Positions 1-9,797 of a stretch of DNA of 64,000 nucleotides are shown in pieces (positions within the stretch are counted from its first letter, which is position 1; each line of letters opens with the position of its first letter). The stretch lies in NCBI GenBank assembly GCA_051715345.1, contig JBPXJQ010000004.1, forward strand, positions 25,019 to 89,018. The letters run 5' to 3'. The notes under the pieces were generated by a model. It worked only from the letters and a program-made list of their open reading frames with translations, was not told the origin of the DNA and did not search any database. Both the position numbers and the translations under genes were made by a program. The stretch is from Candidatus Blackallbacteria bacterium (GTDB lineage Bacteria > Cyanobacteriota > Sericytochromatia > UBA7694).

Positions 1-128
1 CCGGTTCGATGGTCAGTGGCCTCGCTGAAGGTGCAGGAGCAGTAGCCGAAGGAGCAGGGGCTGTGGCTGAAGGTCTGGGCGATCTGGTGGGTGGATTCTT
101 TGAGCTTTTGGGTGGGTTGTTTAATTAA
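1..128 (+). CDS. 3' end of a Gly/Ala-rich hypothetical protein (partial, 5' truncated by window)
   Basis: Open frame from position 3 translating ...GSMVSGLAEGAGAVAEGAGAVAEGLGDLVGGFFELLGGLFN, stop TAA 126-128 abutting the ATG of the next gene (TAAATG). Confidence 0.3.
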   Translation, partial: GSMVSGLAEGAGAVAEGAGAVAEGLGDLVGGFFELLGGLFN

Positions 129-2087
129 ATGTTCGCGGGCATCGACACGGGTGGCACCTTTACCGATTGTGTCAGTTTTGACCAAGGCCAATTGCGCGTC
201 CACAAAGTTGTATCTTGCCCCGCCAATCCAGCCCAAGCGGTTTTAACGGGGCTTGATAGCTTGCAAACGGCAAGCCCGCACACGATTAAATCGCTGGTGC
301 ATGGCACAACTGTGGCCACCAATGCGCTTTTAGAACGCAAATTGGCGCGCACGGCCCTGATCATTACCGCCGGTTTCAAGGATCTGCTCGGGATTGGCCG
401 TCAAAATCGGCCCATGCTCTACGCCTTACACAGCCAACTCCCGGCTCCACTGGTGTTGGCTGAAGACATCTTTGAAATCGATGAGCGCATCGGCAGTCAG
501 GGAGAAATCATTCGGCCCTTGCTTCAAGCACAGATCCAAGCCTGCATCGCAGCATTGCCCGCCGGGATTGAAGCGGTCTCTCTCTGCCTGCTGTTTAGCT
601 ATCGCAATCCCTTACACGAACAATTATTGGCAGCAGCCCTGCGCGAACAGGGCTTTCGGGTTTCTGCTTCACATGAAATTTTGCCTGAATACCGCGAATA
701 CGAGCGCTTCTCGACCACCACGGCCAATGCCTGCCTCATGCCCATCATGCAAAAATATATGGCCTCACTTGTGGCGGGTTTGGGTGCCTTGCCCTGCCGC
801 CTGATTCAGTCCAATGGGGGCAGCTTGCGCCTGAATGAAGTGGCCGATAAACCTGTCAGTTCTGTGCTCTCAGGTCCGGCTGGGGGCCTGATTGGCGCCT
901 GGGAAACGGGCAAACGTCTGGGTGAGACACAATTATTGACCCTGGATATGGGCGGCACGTCTACCGATGTCGCCCTGCTGAATGGTCAATTGCCCCTGCA
1001 AACGGAAGCCGTGATCAGCGGTATACCAATTAAATTGCCCATGTTGGCCATTCATACCGTGGGTGCAGGCGGTGGCTCGTTGATCACCGTCGATGCTGGC
1101 GGAGCGCTGCGGGTCGGCCCAGAAAGCGCGGGTGCGGATCCGGGTCCGCTCTGTTATGGCAAAGGAAAAATGCTCACAGTGACCGATGCGCAGGTCTTTT
1201 TGGGCCGGATTCCCGCCTCACGCAAGCTCGGTGGCCATGTGGCGTTGCAAACCGCTCCTTTGCAGACGGCCTTTGAAACCTTGGGCCAAGAACTCGGACT
1301 CTCAGCCCAGGCGGTGGCATTGGGGGCCTTGTCGGTTGCCAATGCACGCATGGAACGGGCCCTGCGCGTGGTATCGGTCGAAAAAGGCCAGAACCCGGCC
1401 GAATTTAATCTCTTTTGTTTTGGCGGAGCAGGGGGATTACATGCCTGTGAACTGGCCGAGTCCTTGGGAATCCCCAAAATTACCATTCCCGCCCATGCGG
1501 GGGTCTTTTCGGCCTTGGGCATGCTCTATGCCTCCGAAATCCGCGACTATGCCCGCACGGTTTTGGGAGAAGTACACTGGCAGCAAAAAGAGGCACTGGA
1601 ATTGGCTTTTGAGCGGCTGCGGTCACAGGCGGAAGTGGATTTTCAGGCCGCCTGGCAGGATTTAAAGCTCCAAGCCAGCCTGGACCTGCGCTATCCGGGG
1701 CAATCGTATGAATTAAATCTGCCCTATTCTCCTGCCTCTGAAGCTGACTTTCATGCTTTGCATATGGAATTACACCATTTTTCCCGTCCCGAGCTCTCAC
1801 CTGAATTGGTGACCCTTCGCCTGCGTGTCAGCCGGGAATTGCCCCAGCCCGATCTCTTGCCGCCACCGGCACAGAACCGCGTTCTCAACGCACTCTTTAT
1901 TCAAAATGTGGGCTTTGCCCAAGGTTTGCTCGAGACCCCCTTTTACGAGCGGGCTGAATTGCCCACAGACGTTTACATTTCAGGCCCTGCAATCATTCTG
2001 GAAGACACAGCCACCACCTTGGTAGCTCCTGGTTGGCGGGCACGTCTTCATGCCTTGGGCCATCTCTGTTTGGAGCAAGACCTATGA
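129..2087 (+). CDS. Hydantoinase/oxoprolinase family protein, A subunit (HyuA-like)
   Basis: 652 aa. N-terminus MFAGIDTGGTFTDCV is the typical ATPase-fold start of hydantoinase A/5-oxoprolinase/acetone carboxylase beta. Length fits the family. Stop overlaps start of the B subunit (ATGA). Confidence 0.85.
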   Translation: MFAGIDTGGTFTDCVSFDQGQLRVHKVVSCPANPAQAVLTGLDSLQTASPHTIKSLVHGTTVATNALLERKLARTALIITAGFKDLLGIGRQNRPMLYALHSQLPAPLVLAEDIFEIDERIGSQGEIIRPLLQAQIQACIAALPAGIEAVSLCLLFSYRNPLHEQLLAAALREQGFRVSASHEILPEYREYERFSTTTANACLMPIMQKYMASLVAGLGALPCRLIQSNGGSLRLNEVADKPVSSVLSGPAGGLIGAWETGKRLGETQLLTLDMGGTSTDVALLNGQLPLQTEAVISGIPIKLPMLAIHTVGAGGGSLITVDAGGALRVGPESAGADPGPLCYGKGKMLTVTDAQVFLGRIPASRKLGGHVALQTAPLQTAFETLGQELGLSAQAVALGALSVANARMERALRVVSVEKGQNPAEFNLFCFGGAGGLHACELAESLGIPKITIPAHAGVFSALGMLYASEIRDYARTVLGEVHWQQKEALELAFERLRSQAEVDFQAAWQDLKLQASLDLRYPGQSYELNLPYSPASEADFHALHMELHHFSRPELSPELVTLRLRVSRELPQPDLLPPPAQNRVLNALFIQNVGFAQGLLETPFYERAELPTDVYISGPAIILEDTATTLVAPGWRARLHALGHLCLEQDL

Positions 2088-3655
2088 ATGCCACTGTAGA
2101 TCCCGTCCAACTCGAAATCTTTAAACACCGTTTTCGCGCCATGGCCGAGGAAATGGGCGCGGCCCTCTGCCGCAGCGCGTACAGCTCGAATATCAAAGAG
2201 CGCAAAGATTTTTCCTGTGCCCTCTTTGATGCCCAAGGCCAATTATTGGCCCAGGCCGAACATTTGCCGGTTCATCTGGGCTCCATGCCACTGTCTGTGC
2301 AGGCCGCGATTCAGGCCCTGCACTTTGAACCCGGCGACAGTGTTTTGCTCAATGATCCCTTTGCTGGGGGCACCCACTTGCCAGATATCACCATGGTCGA
2401 AGGGGTCTTTTTAGACGGCGAAAGCAGTCCGCGTTTTTATGTCGCCAACCGGGCCCACCATGCCGATGTCGGGGGAATGACGCCAGGCTCGATGCCACTG
2501 TCGCGTGAGATCTTTCAGGAGGGGCTGCGCATTCCGCCACTCAAATGGCGAAAAAGGGGACAGGTCGATGCAGATTTATTGGCCTTGATTCTCAACAATG
2601 TGCGCACGCCCCTTGAACGCGAAGGGGACCTGCTGGCCCAACATGCCGCCAACCAAATTGGCAGAAAGCGCCTGATTGCATTGTGTCAAAGCGTGGGCCC
2701 AGAAATGGTAAGCCAACAGGGTAGGGCGCTGCAGGCCTATGCCGCCCGGATGATGCGGGCCGTAATTGCAAAAATCCCAGATGGGGTCTATGCTTTTGCC
2801 GATGCCCTCGAAGACGATGGGCAGGGATCTGGCCCCCTGGCCATTGCAGTGACTCTCACGGTTCAAGCTGAAAACGCCAAAGTGGACTTTAGCGGCACGG
2901 ACCCCCAAAGCCGGGGCTGTGTGAACACCATTCTGGCGGTCACCCTCTCTGCCGTCTTTTATGTCTTTCGTTGCCTGCTCGACAATGAAGTGCCCTCCAA
3001 CAGCGGCTGTTTAGAACCGATTGAGGTCATTGCGCCGCTCGGCACTTTGGTGAATGCCCGCTTTCCCTCAGCGGTGGTGGGGGGCAATGTTGAAACTTCT
3101 CAGCGTCTGGTGGATGTTTTGTTGGGGGCCCTGGCCCAGGCTTTGCCAGAGCTGATTCCCGCTGCCAGCTGTGGCTCAATGAATAATTTAATCATTGGCG
3201 GCAGCGCAGGGAATCAGCCCTTTGCCTATTACGAAACCATGGGCGGGGGCCACGGTGGCGGGCCCTTGGGGGCGGGGGTTTCGGGCCAGCACAGCCACAT
3301 GACCAATACCCTCAACACGCCGATTGAGGCCCTGGAATTGGCTTTCCCCTTTCGCGTTTGGCGCTATTGCCTGCGCAGCAATTCTGGTGGAGCGGGGCAA
3401 TTTCCCGGCGGCGAGGGTCTGGTGCGTGAGCTGGAAGTGCTCTCGCATGCCTCTGTCACCCTTTTGACAGAGCGGCGGGTACGGGCGCCCTATGGCCTCA
3501 ATGGCGGTGAACCCGGTGGTTTGGGACGCAATACCCTGATTCAGGGTGGCAAAGAGACAGAATTGCCAGGCAAGGTGCAATTACAATTGGAGCCAGGGGA
3601 TCGGGTGCGGGTCGAGACACCGGGCGGCGGGGGCTGGGGGGCTCTCACTCCTTGA
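2084..3655 (+). CDS. Hydantoinase/oxoprolinase family protein, B subunit (HyuB-like)
   Basis: ORF 2033-3655. The likely start is the ATG at 2084 (MNATVDPVQLEIFKHRF...), coupled to hyuA by an ATGA overlap. Hydantoinase_B-like sequence throughout (…GGTHLPDITMV…GGGHGGGPLG…). Confidence 0.85.
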   Translation: MNATVDPVQLEIFKHRFRAMAEEMGAALCRSAYSSNIKERKDFSCALFDAQGQLLAQAEHLPVHLGSMPLSVQAAIQALHFEPGDSVLLNDPFAGGTHLPDITMVEGVFLDGESSPRFYVANRAHHADVGGMTPGSMPLSREIFQEGLRIPPLKWRKRGQVDADLLALILNNVRTPLEREGDLLAQHAANQIGRKRLIALCQSVGPEMVSQQGRALQAYAARMMRAVIAKIPDGVYAFADALEDDGQGSGPLAIAVTLTVQAENAKVDFSGTDPQSRGCVNTILAVTLSAVFYVFRCLLDNEVPSNSGCLEPIEVIAPLGTLVNARFPSAVVGGNVETSQRLVDVLLGALAQALPELIPAASCGSMNNLIIGGSAGNQPFAYYETMGGGHGGGPLGAGVSGQHSHMTNTLNTPIEALELAFPFRVWRYCLRSNSGGAGQFPGGEGLVRELEVLSHASVTLLTERRVRAPYGLNGGEPGGLGRNTLIQGGKETELPGKVQLQLEPGDRVRVETPGGGGWGALTP

Positions 3656-3773
3656 GCCTGATCTCATAAATGATGCCTGGCTTTCTCATTCGCTCTAGGT
3701 AGGTTGGGTTACAATAACTGTGTAGATTTTATTCCTGTTTGCATATTGAATGACCTTTTTCTAAGGGTGTTTT

Positions 3774-6700
3774 GTGGAATCTTTATTTGACCAACTCAAG
3801 CCTGCATTAATTCAACGCTTATTAAACCAATCTGAAATTAGTTCTAAAGACCTGGATAATTTACGGGTTGTCAACAGCTTTCAAGAGGGCAAATCTGGCG
3901 CTGAAGTGCTTGAGGTTGAAAGCTTTTTGGGGGTTTTCAAAATCGAAGGGCGCACTGTTTTAAAAATCAGCACCCAGAGTCCTTGGCCAGATTATATTTC
4001 TGAAGAAGAGCGTTACCAACATCTTAGCCAGATTCAAGCCCTGTTTGCAAAATTGGTTTGGAGCACTACTCTGAAGGTTTCAAGCGAAACTGGAGAATTG
4101 CAAAATTACACTTGCACCTTTTGGCAACGTGCGCATGACCAGCAACCACTCCATGAAATGAATCAACTGAATCAACTCACACAAACCGAATTTTCAGCCG
4201 CTTTAAAATGTGTGGGGCAACGCTTGGTAGATGCTTTTTCTCTCGATGCACAGCCTTATCTTAGAGATGTTTCTTTTCCCTCCCTTTGTGAAGGTGTTTT
4301 GGGTTATCGTCTGCATCCCAAACAAGGACGCATTTACACCTTTGTTCAAGACCATTTCCAAGTCTCTTGGAAAAAGCCGACCTTTCGCTGGGCAGGTGTT
4401 GATTTGCCAGATCCTTATTATTATGCACGGGAAGCCCAAAACCTCAAACTCAGTCGGGTCTATCAAGGTGATATACACGGCGATCTTCATGCTGGTAATA
4501 TTTTTGCTGTGCTTAAAAATGGGAATGCCCAAGATATTTGCCTGATTGATGCAGGCCTCTCGGCTTCAAAGCAGGTTTTGTTTTATGACCAGGCTTATCT
4601 TGAAGTGAGCTTATTGCTGCAATCTGTATTGGCCCAACAAGAGAAAGAAAAAGACTGGGTACAATATCTTGGCTGGCTGAGTGACCTGGGCAATTTTGAA
4701 TTGTCTGACTTGCATCAGAAAAAGGGACTTCACTCTGAGTATTTGCCACTTCTAACGAAGATTCAAGCTTTGCGTTCATCTTTTACGACTTTTTTAGAGA
4801 CAAAAAATAGCCTTTCAGAAGACTTACGCAAGCAGTATCACTTTCAACAAATCTGTGCAGCCTTAAATTTTTGCAATAAACCTTTGGATCAGATTTCCCA
4901 GACTATGTCTTCTGTAGAAAAGAACAACTGTCTGATGCAGGGAGGGGCACAAAGGCGATTTTCTTATCTCTATGCAGCATTTTTCTTAAAAAGTTATTTG
5001 GCAAAATATGGTGATGCCCCAGAAATTGTTGACTTGAAACAAACATTGACTCGTGACCCCAGCTATCTTTATAAACTGGAGCTGCGCAAGCGAGAGGCTT
5101 ATGAATCTATCTGGAGAAAGTGGGGAACCCCTGAAACCAATCAACAATTATCAATTAAAGAATTATCTCAGGATTATCTTCAGCTAAGAGCGCTCAAATC
5201 ATTTAACCGTGTGCCTTCGTCAGTGAGCCATTATTATGCGAATTTTTTTTATCGTTGGATTTTTGTAAAAAAATACCCGAATTGTCAATCTTCAAATGAA
5301 AAACTGCAAATGTTGGCAATGTTGGCTCTTGCTGTTCAAGATTCATTTTCTCATTTGTCTGAAGTTTTAAAACAAGATCCTCAAATTGACCTCATGGGTT
5401 TGTCAGATGACTTAAAAGGAATAGAACTGTCAAAAACTAATCCAGAAAACAGATTAGATTGGTTCTATTTTGCTTTTCTATTAATTGAAGATTGCCTGTT
5501 CTTGGAAAATGAAGAGCTTTTTTCTGAGTGGATCAAAAGAGTTGAAAATGCAGTTAATGATCTTTCATTAATTAAACATGAAAAATTAGCTTCGATATAT
5601 AATCAAATTCAATATTACAAAGCTATTAAATTTGCTTTAGATCAAAAAATTGAATCACTAAAAGAGCACTTAGAACAATGGAAACCAGAAGAAGATGACT
5701 GGATTGATGCTGAATGGTGCATTAAAAAAGCCTTTTTAAATACCACACTGTTTAAGAGAAATTATCAAGAGGGGTTTGATTTTTTAGATTCAGTACTCTC
5801 ACAAGCGGATAAATGGCCTTTTCAGGAACAAATGTATTTTTTTGAGGGCTATGATTTTATTGAAAAGTCCTTCAGACATTATTCTGATCCAATTGCCTAC
5901 ATTGGGGGAGAAAAAAAGAAAGAATTAAATCTCCAGGGGTTTGAAACATTTCAAACTTATCTGGAAAAAAATATCATTCCAGATATCGAGAAAAATAATC
6001 CTTATTTCAATCAGGTTCGTATCTTTTTAAGTGGACAAGATATTCACGTTACCAGACGCAATGCTTCTTTGAATGCAATGGTTTTATTGTTTCAATTGGG
6101 ATTTATGCCACAGGTTTTTAGACTTCAATTGATTTCTCATGAAACCTGGCACCGGGTGAATCTTTATTTATTTAAGGAATATCTCCAATTCTCTTTTTTC
6201 TATCTTTTGAGATATTTAACTGTCAATGAAATAGATGCAGAATGGGTTAGAATTCAACTACATAAGGGTTTATTTGTATACAACAATGAGAGCATTAATG
6301 AAAAAATATTTTCTTTGACTCTTTCAATTTATAAACACCTCCGTGGTGAAGATAATCGCTTGTTGATGCTGATTGTTGCTGTGTTATCTGAGTTTATTCT
6401 GCAGATACCTGAAACATTTTGGAATGAATTTTTTTGGGATATTTGGACTACATTTAATCATATAGATCATAGAAATGTACTGTATTCTCAATCCAAACAA
6501 GGCCCTTTTTTCATAATTAAAAATTCGCTATCGCGGATCACAGACCCCGTTCAACTCGAAGAATGTTTGTATGTTTTATTAGAAACAGATGGGGATTTGG
6601 ATGCGGACTATTATATAAGGCCCCAACTTTTATATGAAATTATTAAAAATGTTCTTTATCAATCCATCCCGTTAAATGAGCGATTAATAGCCAGAGTTAA

Positions 6701-8963
6701 TGATTTAGTATATAAAACATCTGATTTAAAAATAGCTTATTTTGCTTTTGCAAAACTTAGATTGATTGAGGATAGGTTCTTAAATAGCTTACACAAAGAA
6801 AAAATAGCGTCTCATATTCAATTATACACAGACTTTCCTAGCTTCTTCAGAAGTACCTTTGCCTTTTTGGTTTTGTATACTTCTGCTTATCCTGAAGCAA
6901 GAAAAAATGTACATAAATTAATTATTGAAAATGGTAGAAGTATTTGGTCAACAGGGATTGAAAAAAATAAAGATGGTTGGGCTAAACATCATTTTGGTGA
7001 GGGTTCAGTAAAATTACATGAATACAAATACAAACAATATACCTTTCCCCAAGGACTACAATTTAATCAAACAGAGATTTTAGAGTTGTATCAAGCTTTA
7101 AAAGAATCTATTCAGGAATTCAAACAAAGCCCTTTTGCTCCTTCTCAAACCCAACTATCGACTCGGCTCATTTTTATGAGTGGACTTGATTTTTCACTGC
7201 TCAAAGAAATGAATTATTTTATAGATGACTATGCTGATATCCTTAAATTGGAGCCAGACTATCAAACTTTAAAAGAGGAAATTATGGCTGGAATTCAGGA
7301 ACATGCTCCTTCTTCAGGACGGCCTTCCGATTTGACTTCCGATAACCCAAATACAGTCCAAGAAGGTATTTCTCACTTGAGAGATATGTTGTTGGAACAC
7401 GATTTTGAGAATTTCACAGATTATTGGACAACTCTTCTAAGTAAAATTCTTCTTCAACAAGAACCACTTTTACATACTTCTTTAGAGTTAATGTCATATT
7501 GGCTGGTTTATTACAGAAATGAAGAAGCTATAAAATCATCACTTTTTCAAAATTTTTATTTGCAAATATTGGATAAATATCAAGCAAATAAACCTACTTC
7601 AGATTATCTAGAAAAAATTGAGTTGGGTTTGGTTAAAATATCCATGGTTCTTCGCTTTTGGAAGAAAAACTCAACTGGTATTGATTACTTTTTGGGATTG
7701 AGAAATACAAGTAAATATGAAAGTGTTAAGAATTTACCAGAACTTGATAATCAAGATATCTACCGACCAGAATTGTTTCCCACAATTGTTGATTTTTTAA
7801 AAAATGTCCAAACCACTGATTTTTTTCTGAGTGGAGTTTCGATTCAAGGCTTTAAATCTTTTTCAAACCATCATAATATCAATATTAAACTTCGACCTCT
7901 TAATGTTTTGGTTGGTGCCAATGGAGCGGGGAAAAGCAGCTTCTTTAAATTTTTAGAATTTGTTCAAGAATTCTCTCAAATGCCAATGGACAGTTTAAAT
8001 GCAAAAATGGGTTCAATCAGTGATTTGCTTTATTATGGCACTAAACAAACCGATTCATTGACTGGCAGTTTGACTTTTATTAAAAGTGAGCAAGAAAGTC
8101 TTTCTTACAATTTTCAATGCAAACCAACTGAAGATTTTAAATATTTTTACTTTGAGTCTGAGAGCATTACTTTGTCTTTGTTGGACCAAAACCAAACTCT
8201 CTATGAAAGTAAGAAACCACAGTCCGATTCTGTTCTTTTTACCCATGCTACACAACCGTGGGCAAAAATGTTGCGCGAATTGTTAGGCTCATTGGAACGT
8301 ATTCATATCCCAGATACATCTCTTTCCAGCAAACTCAGAGATGAAGCTAACCTTTATGATAATAAACATTTGGCCTCAGATGGAAAAAATTTAGCGGCCT
8401 TTCTCTATGCCCTAAAAAATTCACCGGAAGAGAAAGCACATTACAAACAGATGATTCGTCTGATTCGTCATGCCTTTCCTCAATTTCAAGAATTTGTGCT
8501 TGAACCTAATTTTGAAGATGCCAAAATTCAACTTCAATGGCGAGAAGAGGGTTCTGAATATGTCTTTGGAGCCCATCAGGCTTCAGATGGCTCATTGCGT
8601 TTTATGGTGCTCACCGCACTCTTGATGTCTCCTCCACACCGCTTGCCACGGATCTTAATTCTCGATGAGCCAGAACTGGGACTTCACCCAAAGGCTTTGG
8701 CAACCTTGGCCAATATGATCAGTTTGGCTTCGCAATATTGCCAAATTTTAATCGCCACCCAATCCAGCGAGTTATTAGACCATTTCGAAGCGGATGATCT
8801 CGTGATTGTGGATCGTACCCGTTTTGATCTTCAGACCAATGAGATGAAAGACAAAGCCTTTACTGTGATGACCCGTAAAAATTCTGAAGAATTGGCATCG
8901 TGGTTAGAAGACTATTCGCTCAGTGAACTCTGGAACAAAAATGTTCTTGGGGGTAAGCCATGA
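3774..8963 (+). CDS. Giant multidomain protein: N-terminal protein-kinase/APH-like domain, ~1000-aa helical low-complexity spacer, C-terminal OLD/AAA_21-type ABC ATPase (putative antiphage/abortive-infection effector)
   Basis: 1729-aa ORF with a GTG start preceded by AAGGG. N-terminus has a Gly-rich loop (EGKSGAEVLEV), a VLKIS lysine and the catalytic loop IHGDLHAGNIF (about nt 4470-4499, HGDxxxxN as in APH/choline-kinase/ELK folds) followed by LIDAGLS (a DFG-equivalent DxG). C-terminus has a Walker A at LNVLVGANGAGKSSFFKF (about nt 7914-7940), ASDGSLRF and a Walker B/D-loop RILILDEPELGLHP (about nt 8652-8690), then ILIATQSSELL. This is the canonical layout of AAA_21/OLD-family ATPases. The coding DNA is strikingly AT-rich relative to the flanks. 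Confidence 0.8.
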   Translation: MESLFDQLKPALIQRLLNQSEISSKDLDNLRVVNSFQEGKSGAEVLEVESFLGVFKIEGRTVLKISTQSPWPDYISEEERYQHLSQIQALFAKLVWSTTLKVSSETGELQNYTCTFWQRAHDQQPLHEMNQLNQLTQTEFSAALKCVGQRLVDAFSLDAQPYLRDVSFPSLCEGVLGYRLHPKQGRIYTFVQDHFQVSWKKPTFRWAGVDLPDPYYYAREAQNLKLSRVYQGDIHGDLHAGNIFAVLKNGNAQDICLIDAGLSASKQVLFYDQAYLEVSLLLQSVLAQQEKEKDWVQYLGWLSDLGNFELSDLHQKKGLHSEYLPLLTKIQALRSSFTTFLETKNSLSEDLRKQYHFQQICAALNFCNKPLDQISQTMSSVEKNNCLMQGGAQRRFSYLYAAFFLKSYLAKYGDAPEIVDLKQTLTRDPSYLYKLELRKREAYESIWRKWGTPETNQQLSIKELSQDYLQLRALKSFNRVPSSVSHYYANFFYRWIFVKKYPNCQSSNEKLQMLAMLALAVQDSFSHLSEVLKQDPQIDLMGLSDDLKGIELSKTNPENRLDWFYFAFLLIEDCLFLENEELFSEWIKRVENAVNDLSLIKHEKLASIYNQIQYYKAIKFALDQKIESLKEHLEQWKPEEDDWIDAEWCIKKAFLNTTLFKRNYQEGFDFLDSVLSQADKWPFQEQMYFFEGYDFIEKSFRHYSDPIAYIGGEKKKELNLQGFETFQTYLEKNIIPDIEKNNPYFNQVRIFLSGQDIHVTRRNASLNAMVLLFQLGFMPQVFRLQLISHETWHRVNLYLFKEYLQFSFFYLLRYLTVNEIDAEWVRIQLHKGLFVYNNESINEKIFSLTLSIYKHLRGEDNRLLMLIVAVLSEFILQIPETFWNEFFWDIWTTFNHIDHRNVLYSQSKQGPFFIIKNSLSRITDPVQLEECLYVLLETDGDLDADYYIRPQLLYEIIKNVLYQSIPLNERLIARVNDLVYKTSDLKIAYFAFAKLRLIEDRFLNSLHKEKIASHIQLYTDFPSFFRSTFAFLVLYTSAYPEARKNVHKLIIENGRSIWSTGIEKNKDGWAKHHFGEGSVKLHEYKYKQYTFPQGLQFNQTEILELYQALKESIQEFKQSPFAPSQTQLSTRLIFMSGLDFSLLKEMNYFIDDYADILKLEPDYQTLKEEIMAGIQEHAPSSGRPSDLTSDNPNTVQEGISHLRDMLLEHDFENFTDYWTTLLSKILLQQEPLLHTSLELMSYWLVYYRNEEAIKSSLFQNFYLQILDKYQANKPTSDYLEKIELGLVKISMVLRFWKKNSTGIDYFLGLRNTSKYESVKNLPELDNQDIYRPELFPTIVDFLKNVQTTDFFLSGVSIQGFKSFSNHHNINIKLRPLNVLVGANGAGKSSFFKFLEFVQEFSQMPMDSLNAKMGSISDLLYYGTKQTDSLTGSLTFIKSEQESLSYNFQCKPTEDFKYFYFESESITLSLLDQNQTLYESKKPQSDSVLFTHATQPWAKMLRELLGSLERIHIPDTSLSSKLRDEANLYDNKHLASDGKNLAAFLYALKNSPEEKAHYKQMIRLIRHAFPQFQEFVLEPNFEDAKIQLQWREEGSEYVFGAHQASDGSLRFMVLTALLMSPPHRLPRILILDEPELGLHPKALATLANMISLASQYCQILIATQSSELLDHFEADDLVIVDRTRFDLQTNEMKDKAFTVMTRKNSEELASWLEDYSLSELWNKNVLGGKP

Positions 8964-9676
8964 ACTGGAAACGTCTACATATTCTGGCAGAAGGGCCCAC
9001 AGAAGAACAATTTGCCAATGATGTAATTAAACCGCATCTTTATCAATATGCGGTAAATTCCTCAGTTCAATGCATTGTAACCAAACGTCTACGACAAGGT
9101 CCTGACAAAAAAGGTGGTTTAACTGATTACAGAAAGGCGCGGGAACATCTCGTTCGTTTGATGAATGAACATAAGGATACGAATTGTTTTTTTACGACGA
9201 TGTTCGACATCTATCACATGCCATCCTCAACTGAGCCAGAAAAAAGTTTTCCTGGTTATGCAGAGGCCATGAGAGAAATAAAAACATCTCATTTTGAAAA
9301 TGGCTTAACCATTCTGGCTCAAAAAATGAAAGAAGATCTTCAGCCTGAGGTCCCAAGAGTAGATCGACTACTTCCTTATTTTCAGTTACATGAATTTGAG
9401 GCTTTGATTTTTGTAGATCTCAGCTATCTCCGATTCCATTATCCGGTGGTGTGTGGCGATCTGCAATTTGAGCGGCTCGAACAAGCCTTACAATCTGCTC
9501 AAGGCGATCCCGAAAAAATCAATCATGAAAACGGGCCCGCAGCCAGAATCATTGAACAAATTAAAACCTACAGAAAACCAACAGGGGCAATGATAGCCCA
9601 AGATATTGGATTGTTTCGTCTGAGAGAAAAATGCCATTTCTTTGATCTCTGGCTGACATCCCTTGAAAAATTGTAA
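8960..9676 (+). CDS. DUF4276-like protein (TOPRIM-like partner of AAA_21 ATPases)
   Basis: 238 aa. Its start overlaps the stop of the giant ATPase gene (ATGA at 8960-8963). The N-terminus LHILAEGPTEEQF resembles the conserved EGxTE start of the DUF4276 family, which I recall as typically 187-238 aa and usually adjacent to AAA ATPases. The assignment is from memory of the family and was not searched. Confidence 0.65.
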   Translation: MNWKRLHILAEGPTEEQFANDVIKPHLYQYAVNSSVQCIVTKRLRQGPDKKGGLTDYRKAREHLVRLMNEHKDTNCFFTTMFDIYHMPSSTEPEKSFPGYAEAMREIKTSHFENGLTILAQKMKEDLQPEVPRVDRLLPYFQLHEFEALIFVDLSYLRFHYPVVCGDLQFERLEQALQSAQGDPEKINHENGPAARIIEQIKTYRKPTGAMIAQDIGLFRLREKCHFFDLWLTSLEKL

Positions 9677-9797
9677 AGATGACAGGCTCTCCCTACTGAC
9701 CTACTTGGCTTGAAGCCGTATCTTAGTTACCATAGGTAGTGGTACGCCCTGGGCCTGGTTCCAGACAGCTTATTCCCGATAGAAGCAACTGTCCGAA

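Noticed and set aside
1-30. GGTTCGATGG at the window start, resembling a tRNA T-arm
   Set aside because: There is no acceptor stem, anticodon arm or CCA context. The region reads as the coding 3' end of a Gly/Ala-rich ORF.
4203-4779. Several 88-109-aa ORFs on both strands inside the AT-rich giant gene (4203-4532 minus, 4231-4545 plus, 4513-4779 minus; also 8055-8255 and 8086-8286)
   Set aside because: They are embedded in, or antisense to, a long well-supported ORF. Their low-complexity products are typical of chance ORFs in AT-rich DNA.
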